In this document: piece by piece, positions 55,377 to 64,000 of the stretch | How the letters are laid out: each line of letters starts with the position of its first letter | How positions within the stretch are numbered: position 1 is the first letter of the stretch | From: Octopus sinensis | Taxonomy: Eukaryota | Reading direction: 5' to 3' | DNA length: 64,000 nt | NCBI RefSeq assembly: GCF_006345805.1 | Contig: NC_043013.1 | Span: 39,866,001-39,930,000, forward strand | Notes under the pieces: model-generated | What the model saw: the letters and a program-made list of their open reading frames with translations, nothing else | Databases searched by the model: none | Told to the model about the DNA's origin: nothing | Made by a program: the position numbers and the translations under genes

Positions 55377-55619
55377 CAGTAGTTTTCAACCAGTGTCGAC
55401 ATGACCCTTGGTTGAGTGGTCCAAAAAAGATTTTGTTAAAATTTTATTTGCAACAAATTATATTTCTACAATACAAAAGATATTTTAACAATTTTCCCGT
55501 ATTATATTCAATTTTCAATAATAAAAATACGATTTTTTTAAACATCAAATGGCTACGAGGGTCCACCCGAGTAAAAGGCGAATCAAGTGCGTTTATTGGT
55601 TAGAAAAAAAAAAACAATG
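55377..55619. mobile_element. hAT (Charlie-like) MITE
   Basis: ATTTACAC|CAGTAGTTTTCAACC ... GGTTAGAAAA..CAATG|ATTTAGAC: 8-bp TSD (7/8 match), right TIR decayed. Confidence 0.65.
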
Positions 55620-56530
55620 ATTTAGACCATAATTCAGAGAGCAAGCCGTTTAGTTTCATCGAGAAATTAGAATATTCATCGTCAAACCGACAGAGATCCG
55701 TATACATTTATAATCACTGCGCATGCGTATGTGAGGTTGTATGTGGGGGAGGGGATGCCTGGGCGTGTATGTGTGTGTGTATACGTATTTTGATATATAT
55801 ACATACATACATACATCTGCGCATGTCTATGTATGTGTGCGTATTCATGTATATTTGTTATCGTCGTTTACATATCATTTTGCTTAAATGTCACAGAATG
55901 TTTGCTTGCTACCTTTTATTCTTTTTTTATAATTGTTATTATCGTTATTGCTGCTATTGTTGCTATTGTTGTTGTTGCTGTTGTCGTCGTCGTTATAAAT
56001 TTATGGCCTTCATTGCTACTATGTTAAACTAATGATATCGGCTCTATTTATACCATGTTTGATATTTGATATTCTTGACGTCTATATTTATAACATGTTT
56101 GTTCACATTGGAGGAGACAACGAAAAGGCCACTACACTATCGATCTGCTAGAAATAGCAATCAAATCCCCTCAAATAACATTGTCCTTTAAAAAAAGAAC
56201 GAAGGACAGGAGAAAGATGCATCCGGTTACGTAGTCCTAGATACCCTAGACATTAAAAAAAATAGGACGGTCAAGACTTGAATACCTTTCATCAATGCTC
56301 TCTTAATCGGGGCTGACTTGGGGCTAAACAACAGCATCGACGATGACGGCAGCATAAATGAGTTTGATCCCAAAGGACACATGCATGAATGGTTGTACAG
56401 TTAAGATGTTCGCTTCACAACTATGTGGTTTCGGTTTCGATCCCACTGGTTGAGCATGGGCTGACAAGCGACTTCTGAAGGAGTTTTGTAAAGATTATTA
56501 TTATTATTATTGTTGCTGTTGTTGTTCACG

Positions 56531-56601
56531 TCACTGCTTCGAATCGAACTCAGCACCTTGGGGTTAGTCGCCCGCGCTCTTAACCATTACACCGTATGCC
56601 C
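56531..56601 (-). pseudogene. tRNA-like sequence (tRNA pseudogene or head-only SINE)
   Basis: GGGCATACGGTGTAATGGTTAAGAGCGCGGGCGACTAACCCCAAGGTGCTGAGTTCGATTC: A and B boxes present, acceptor stem does not pair. Confidence 0.6.
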
Positions 56602-56607
56602 ACGGGC

Positions 56608-56688
<81 letters not shown>

Positions 56689-56755
56689 TGATGATGATGA
56701 GGATGATAATGATAATAATAATAATAAGAAGAAGAAGAAGAATAATAATAATAAC

Positions 56756-56784
<29 letters not shown>

Positions 56785-56786
<2 letters not shown>

Positions 56787-57340
56787 GCCCTGATGCAGTA
56801 CCAGGCAGTGGCTCTCATGGCTTCTGATCTTAACTGATTGGAAGTGTTATCATGTACATTGTTTTGTCTTGGTATAAAAGATGGGCTACAGCAAATATTC
56901 TGCTCAATACCACAGATTTGCTTGTCAGTTGTTTGACCTTAACCAGTTGAGCATGTCCCTTAGTGGCTGACGATATGTGCATCTCTGATCACGAGCAGAA
57001 GTAGTGGGGGAGCATCATGGCCATGTGTTGAGAGGGATTCTTTGGAGTTTGAATAATTCATCTCTGGAAACATAGGTGTTTCGTTCAACATCCTAAAGCA
57101 ACCCTTATTCAGGGACCTTTTGAGCGGGATGGGCTACTCAACCTGAAGAAAATTCTAACTGTGCCCCACCTGCAAGGTCATGTGCTGTTTATCTTGATAT
57201 GAGATCACCATGTCGCGCACATATGGTTGTGATGCATGTGCCTGGTGTACCTTTATCAGGCGGGTAGTCATGATGGGTATATTGGGCTTCGTATATTTTA
57301 CCCCAGTGTCACTTTGATGGCATGAACTGCTCTCTCACTC
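56785..57340 (+). mobile_element. (AAT)n-embedded 556-bp non-coding element, full length
   Basis: (AAT)n-ATGCCCTGATGCAGTACCAGGC ... CTCTCTCACTC-(AAT)n. Confidence 0.88.
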
Positions 57341-57427
57341 AATAATAATAATAATGATAATAATAATAATAATAACAACATCGAAATATACCTTAGGAAT
57401 GAGAACCCAGGTTCGAAATTTCCCCAA

Positions 57428-57473
57428 GACACCTGATGAAGGCTGGAGGGTATATCAGCCGAAACGTTGTGTT
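57428..57473 (+). ncRNA. Minimal type I hammerhead ribozyme motif with canonical core, in a ~150-bp PLE-like remnant (57378-57528)
   Basis: GACAC-CUGAUGA-A-GGCUG gaggguauau CAGCC-GAAACGUU-GUGUU. Confidence 0.8.
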
Positions 57474-58134
57474 AACAAACACGATGAGGACAAATATTCC
57501 TCAGATGTAAATAATGTAAATAATGTAAGAAGTATGGAGTTGAGCAGATGTGGAAACAATTATGCGGATAAACATATTAGATATATTGAATATAAGAGTT
57601 TGAGTACGAAACACAAAATATGTGTATATGTATAAAGGCAAAACGGGAGACTTTCAGATGATGAATATTTTAGTATTTTAGTATAAATATATAGGTATTT
57701 ATATTAATAGATCCAACTTACACAGAGTACAAACGACAAAGAATATATATATATATAAACATTTGTACATGTATGTATGCGCACGCCAAATGTATTTGTC
57801 TCTCATCACTTGACAACCGGTAAGGGTTCATTTAACTTGGCAGTTCGGCAAGAGAAATTAGAACGACCAACAGAATAAGTGCGGAGGTTGATTTGATCGA
57901 ATAAGGAAAACAAATTCCCTCTCCAAGGCACTACCCCAGCATGGCCGTAGCCCAATGACTGAAATCGGGTATACAAGAATAAAAGAATATAAGAGGAATA
58001 GTATAACAAAAGATCGGAAGAAAATATTTTCGATTTCTTGAAAATAATTAACTGAGTTTCTTTAGTGCAGTAGATTCTGTCTTATCGATTATTTTAACAT
58101 TTACCTCCCACAATTCATTCTCTTTCTCTCAATC

Positions 58135-58534
58135 TGTCTATCTATCTATCTATCTTACCCCACCCTCTATCTCTCTAACTACCTATCTATTTATTTACCT
58201 ATCTATCTAATAATCTACCTGTATATCTACCTACCTATCTATTTATCATTCTATCTACCTATCTATCTACCTACCTACCTACATATCTATCTGTCTATCG
58301 ATCTTTCTATCTATCTACCTACCTATCTATCTATCTATCTGTCTATCTAATTATCTATCTATCTACCTATCTATCTATCTATCTAACTATCTATCCATCT
58401 ATCTACATATCTATCTATCTATCTATCTACCAACCTGCCTATCTATCTATCAGCCTGTCTATCTACCTCCCTATCTATCTATCTACCTACCTACCTACCT
58501 ACCTACCTACCTATCTATCTATCTATCTATCTAC

Positions 58535-58579
<45 letters not shown>

Positions 58580-58790
58580 AGTCATATCTGTCTATCTGTA
58601 TATCTACATATCATCTATCCACCTATCAATCTATCCACCTACCTATCTATCTATCCTATCTATCCACCTACCTATCTATTTATCTATCCACTCGCCAATC
58701 TATCTATCTACCTATCTATCTTTATATCTATCTACCTATCTATCTTTATATCTATCTATCTATCTATCTACCTAACCCCTCTATCCGAAT
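58135..58790 (+). repeat. Long degenerate (CTAT/CTAC)n tract
   Basis: Direct inspection; similar GATA-family tracts at 14850, 18236, 22650, 26520 and 32560. Confidence 0.95.
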
Positions 58791-59371
58791 ACTCTCCCTC
58801 TTTGTTCCTCTCTTGGCTCTCTATCTCTCTCTCTTGTCCCTCCCTCTCTCTCTCTCTCTCTCCCTCTCTCTCCCTCTCTCTCTTTCTCTGATGTCTAATA
58901 CAAGCATCTCTATGTTATATGAACGGTTGTTTCAGCGTAAATACATGAGCGGTTGCACAAGCTACAACTTTGTTGTGTGTAATTCCGTAATGTACAATCA
59001 CGTATGTGCAGTTGCGTAGATGCATTATGCATGCGCAACTGCAGCTGTTACGTGCTACTGCAATGAGTAGAAATGTGTGAAACTGTATTCTGTTGCAGCT
59101 GTATTAAATGTCGGCTTTTTTTCTTTATATGATGCAATTGTGAAAATCTGTAATATACGTAGCGCTAATGCAAGTAGGCCTGTGCATATGCATTATAAAT
59201 AAGTTGCAATGCAGTATCATGCATGTGCATGTGAACGTGCTTATGTGCAACTGTTATATATATATTAAACTGCAATGAGTGCAATTACATTATATGTTGG
59301 TTTACATACAAATTTCGTACATAAAATCTATGTTACATTCATACACATTTAAGGACATGTGCTATATATAT

Positions 59372-59988
59372 TCTTTTCCACTCTAGGCACAAGGTGCGAA
59401 ATTTTGGGAGAGGGGGCCAGTCGATTACATCGATCCCATTACGCAACTGGTACTTAATTTAACGACCCTGAAAGGATGAAAGGCAAAGTGGACCTGGGCG
59501 GAATTTGAATTCAGAACGTAAAGACAGACGAAATACCTATTTCTTTATTACCCACAAGGGGCTAAACACAGAGCGGACAAACAAGGACAGACATAGGTAT
59601 TAAGTCGATTACATCGACCCCAGTACGTAACTGGTACTTAATTTATCGACCCCGAAAGGATGAAAGGCAAAGTCGACCTCGGCGGAATTTAAACTCAGAA
59701 CGTAAAGACAGACGAAATACCGCTAAGCATTTCGCCCGGCGTGCTAACGTCTCTTATTTCTTTACTGCCCACAAGGGGCTACACACAGAGGGGACAAACA
59801 AGGACAGACAAACGGATTAAGTCGATTATATCGACCCCAGTGCGTAACTGGTACTTATTTAATCGACCTCGAAAGGATGAAAGGCAAAGTCGACTTCGGC
59901 GGAATTTGAACTCAGAACATAACGGCAGACGAAATACTGCTAAGCATTTCGCCCGGCGTGCTAACGTTTCTCCCAGCTCGCTGCCTTA
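59372..59988 (-). mobile_element. SINE family B trimer (tail X, tail X, tail Y)
   Basis: Three Nin cores; junctions at ~59752 (GAAATAAG|AGACGTTAGCACG) and 59537 (GAAATA|GGTATTTCG). Confidence 0.9.
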
Positions 59989-60020
59989 CCCTGTGCTACA
60001 CATATCTATTCAACTCTTAT

Positions 60021-60356
60021 AAAAGGGTAAAGACCCCCTTCGGTCATGAATGACCATGGGATTGCACCTAGAAAGTTACCCTCCTAGACACAAGTCCGGG
60101 CAAGGTTGTTTATGGAAGACCAGCAGTCGCCCATGCATACCAGCCTCCCCTCTCCACGCCACCCGTGTTATCCAAGGGAAAGACAAAGGTCGATACAGCT
60201 TGGCACCAGTGACGTCGCAAATCATTTCTACAGCTGAGTGAACTGGAGCAACGTGAAATAAAGTGTCTTGCTCAAGAACACAACACGCAGCCCGGTCCGG
60301 GATTCGAGCTCACAACCTCACGATCGTAAGCTCGACGCTCTAACCACTGAGCCATG
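60021..60356 (-). mobile_element. tRNA-derived SINE with family C head and a distinct tail ending GGGGGTCTTTACCCTTT
   Basis: GCATGGCTCAGTGGTTAGAGCG (A box)...GAGCTCGAATCCC (B box)...TTCTTGAGCAAGACACTT. Confidence 0.8.
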
Positions 60357-60379
60357 CATATACGCAATTTTGTAACTGT

Positions 60380-60538
60380 TTATCCTTTTATTTGTTTCAG
60401 TGATTTCACTGCGGCCAACCTGGAGCACCGTCTTTAGTCGAGCAAATCGACCCCAGGGCTTATAATTTGTAAGCCTAGTACTTATTCTAACGGCCTCTTT
60501 TGACACACAAACATACACACACACACGCGCGCATATAT

Positions 60539-60587
<49 letters not shown>

Positions 60588-60733
60588 TATATATATATAC
60601 GACAGACCTTTTTTCAGTTTCCGTCTACTAAATCCACTCATAAGGTTTTTATCCAAGAGGCCACGGAATGGGACTGAACCGTGAACCATGTGGTTGGTAA
60701 GCAAACTACTTACCACAGGGTCACTCCTGCACC
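60380..60733 (-). mobile_element. SINE family A with internal deletions
   Basis: Head GGTGCAGGAGTGACCCTGTGGTAAG; tail GGTGCTCCAGGTTGGCCGCAG. Confidence 0.75.
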
Positions 60734-61156
60734 TGTATTTACATATATATTGCAGTTGTTATGCGCGACATGTAGAGAAATAGATTATGTTTTAAATTTG
60801 GTTTTCAAGAATTTTAGTCGAAAGAATCGGTTCTATTACATTTTTATTTTGAGCCTGGTACTTTTACTGTCGGACTATGTTGCCGAACTGCTAAGTTACA
60901 GGGACGTAAATACATCAACGCTGGTTGTCAAGCAGTAGTGGTGGATGGGGAAAAGCATAAACGCAAAGGCACATAAACGCACATACGCATATATATATAT
61001 ATATGTGTGTGTATGTCTGTGTCTATATGTGTGCGCATGTGTGTGTGTATATATATATATAGAAAACAAGCCCTGGTATCAATTTGTCTTACTAAAACAT
61101 CTCAAGGCGGTGTTCCAGCTTGGCCGCAGTCAAATGACTGAAACAAGGAAAAAATA

Positions 61157-61353
61157 TATATTTCTTTATTGCCCACAGGGGTCGCTAAGCATAGAGAGGA
61201 CAAACAAGGACAGATAAAAAGATTAAGTCGACACCCTCGACCCCAGTGATAAGTGGTACTTTTTTAATTGACTCCGAAAGGATGAAAGGCAATGTCGACC
61301 TTGGCGGAATTCGAATTCAGAACGTAATGACAGACGAAATACCGCTAAACATT
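61157..61353 (-). mobile_element. SINE family B (tail X)
   Basis: Nin core; tail ...CCCCTGTGGGCAATAAAGAAAT. Confidence 0.8.
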
Positions 61354-61390
<37 letters not shown>

Positions 61391-61391
<1 letters not shown>

Positions 61392-61790
61392 CTCTCTCTA
61401 GTTTCAGCTCAGAGCTGCGGCCACGCTGATGCACCGCCGCTTTGCTACACTGTTATTACTAAGAGCCTCTTCTATGTGGCACTTTGTGAAGAATGGAGTT
61501 TGATATAGCTACCCTCATTTGCACCTCTTGCAGTGAGGTAGGTTCATCTAGGACTCTCGACAGGAGGAAGTCTAGCTTTGATTTAAAAATCCCTACATCT
61601 ACTTTGTGCAAGTTCTTCAGACTCTTTGGGAGAACTTTAAAAAGGTGTGGGCCTCTGAAACCCAGGCTGTTGCAGTATCTGGTCCTGAAGCGTGATGGCA
61701 TTGCTGGGATCTTTGGCACTATGCAGTGTCATCCCGTTCTGGCATTGGTGTAGCTTTCAATGCCAAAATTTGGCACAGTTCCTTCCAATA
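61391..61790 (-). mobile_element. CR1/L2-group LINE 3' end
   Basis: LEGTVPNFGI...NSLGFRGPHLFKVLPKSLKNL..FKSKLDFLLSRVLDEP (GP.LF..LP..FK..LD C-terminal signature); 3' UTR with a stem-loop. Confidence 0.75.
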
Positions 61791-61797
61791 CACACAA

Positions 61798-61830
<33 letters not shown>

Positions 61831-61953
61831 AGTCATACGATATGACTAATATATAGTCTTCTTGACTAAATTTTTTTGCACGTTAGACCACTGGAAATGT
61901 AAATTTTGAATGAATATTTTAATTTTAATTAAATTCCATTTCCCTTTGATTTG

Positions 61954-61995
<42 letters not shown>

Positions 61996-62704
61996 CACAT
62001 TCATACACATATGCCTATATACACCCGTACATATATATACATATATACATAGAAATGTATGTATGTATATATACATATATATATGTATGTACAAATACGT
62101 ATATATATATATATATGTATAAATACACACACACAGACACACACATATATATATATATCGTGGCTGCTATGCGCAACCACAGTATGAATAAATCTATGAA
62201 ACTATTGTTTAGAGTTGCATTAAATATTGGTTTTCGTTAAGTGCAGTTACGTAAACTCTATGTAATATCTTACTCTGATGCATGAACTGTTCAATATACA
62301 TGCATTATATACATATGCAACATGTGCATCTTTTATGTGCTTCTGCATACATGTATAGCTACATGAAACATTATATGCAAGTGCATTATATATCGGTTTT
62401 TTGTTATGGGCATCTATAAAAAATATGCTATTATGACTGTGGTTTATCTACAGTTATATCGGTTATACGCTATCTTTTTCTTGTTTCGGCCATCGAATAG
62501 CGGCCCTGCTCGGGTACCATTATGTAGGATTTATTTGGACAAGTCGACCTCAATACTATCTTTGAAAGTCTGGTATTTGTTCTATGGCTCTATTTTTACC
62601 AAAACGTTAGGGTACGGGGACCGAAAGAAACCACACACCGGCTATCAAGCGGTGTTGCCTCACAGACACAAATACAAAGGCACACACACACGCACACACA
62701 CACA

Positions 62705-62782
<78 letters not shown>

Positions 62783-62783
<1 letters not shown>

Positions 62784-63108
62784 CCACCGTCTAGGCTTAA
62801 AAAAGGCCTCAATGTTGGTTTCCTTGTCCTGTTTTTATTCTTTATGTGTACTGTATTTTTACCCCTCTGCAAAAGAATTTTATTTAATTCATTTTGCAGG
62901 AAGGATTGCTTCGGCCGGATCGTGTTCTGCCCTTACCTTCGAAACACGCATTGAGTCGAACCAGGGGCAGCTGATGAAGGGGAATATTCCTTGTACTGCT
63001 TGTCTTGTACTCTGTTTTTTCGTTTTTAAAAAAAATCCGTTTCCTTGTTAGTTTTTATGTTTCGTTTCTCGTTGTGTCCTACGTTTATTGTGGTGTCCTG
63101 TACTCACA
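62783..63108 (+). mobile_element. Probable Penelope-like element 3' end between (TA)n tracts
   Basis: Starts PPSRLKKGLNV (GLN ending typical of PLE GIY-YIG ORFs), T-rich UTR, hammerhead core elements. Assignment rests on short motifs. Confidence 0.5.
62921..62982 (+). ncRNA. Candidate non-circularly permuted hammerhead ribozyme
   Basis: CGUGU-U-CUGCCCUU-AC-CUUC-GAA-ACACG-(14 nt)-AGGGGCAG-CUGAUGA-A-GGGG: all core nucleotides and three in-register stems, in a non-standard order. Confidence 0.6.
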
Positions 63109-63184
63109 TATGCATGTATATATACATATAGGTGTAGGTATGTACATATATGTATGTATGCATATGTTTTATTTGTTAAATTGT

Positions 63185-63215
<31 letters not shown>

Positions 63216-63243
63216 CTGATACATATATATATACATAATATAT

Positions 63244-63310
<67 letters not shown>

Positions 63311-63311
<1 letters not shown>

Positions 63312-63497
63312 GGTGGTTGTCTACTCCTTATGCAGAGTTTGACCACCTCCTGTACCTGCACCCTGGCACCATCATGGCATCTGATGTTGCTTTTTAAACC
63401 AGACAATGTTCTGAGAAGACACTCACATAGATTGCACATCCGATTTGGAGCGCCAAGAGCGGCAAATAAGTTCTGCTCTTTGTGGGTCTTAAAATGC
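63311..63497 (-). mobile_element. RTE-clade LINE extreme 3' end
   Basis: CNLCECLLRTLSGLKSNIRCH (C2H2-like C-terminus of RTE ORFs) plus a short UTR, between microsatellites. Confidence 0.55.
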
Positions 63498-63520
63498 ATA
63501 TACACACACACACACACGCA

Positions 63521-63571
<51 letters not shown>

Positions 63572-63822
63572 CATATGCTTATATATACACACACATACAC
63601 AACACATACACGCACACATATATATACACGTATATAAAGAGTTATTAATAAGCGATTATCTACGGAACTATGTACACGCCTAGAATGAATATCAGAAACA
63701 GCTGTAAGTCTAAGATGCACAAATAAAGCAATAAAGAAATATGTAAAGCCCATTCTTTATACCTATATGTATGTGTGTGTGAGTGTGTGTGTGTGAGTGA
63801 GAGTGTTGTGTGTGTGTGTGTT

Positions 63823-63853
<31 letters not shown>

Positions 63854-64000
63854 CAGATGACGGAATGATCGCGGAGCAACGCAAAATGAAGTGCTTTGCT
63901 CAAGACTACATACATACATACATACATACATTCATGCATACATACATACATACTTACATATGCTAGGACATAATGACGATGATAATGACGATGACGATGA

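Noticed and set aside
62913-62990. HDV-like ribozyme suggested by the GGCCGG start
   Set aside because: No P1/P3/L3 nested pseudoknot can be built; hammerhead elements explain the region better.
63690-63715. GAAACAGCTGTA half-hammerhead (palindromic stem III, GUA site)
   Set aside because: No CUGANGA strand or stems found nearby; at most a truncated PLE remnant.

Overview
Repeat-saturated, AT-rich animal DNA, intergenic or intronic. The tRNA/Nin-domain SINE families and very high microsatellite load suggest an octopus or other cephalopod (inference). I can support no host exon, rRNA, functional tRNA or CRISPR array; most supplied ORFs are microsatellite artefacts. The window holds: a Tx1/L1-clade LINE with a complete but frameshifted ORF2 inside (GATA)n plus two fragments; four R4/Dong-type REL-LINE fragments and four copies of a 556-bp non-coding element, all bordered by (AAT)n; RTE and CR1/L2-group fragments; mariner, Chapaev3, piggyBac, hAT, Helitron and Helentron derivatives; many SINEs; and several Penelope-like (PLE) remnants. 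The most interesting signal is a set of PLE-associated hammerhead ribozyme motifs: a candidate non-circularly permuted hammerhead (62921-62982), homologous minimal hammerheads carrying a compensatory U3:A8 core pair with fully covarying stems (6438-6480, 48670-48712), and a 364-nt retrozyme-like unit with an inverted copy. Two SINE-LINE 3'-tail partnerships can also be read directly from the window. All alignments, translations and folds were done by eye.
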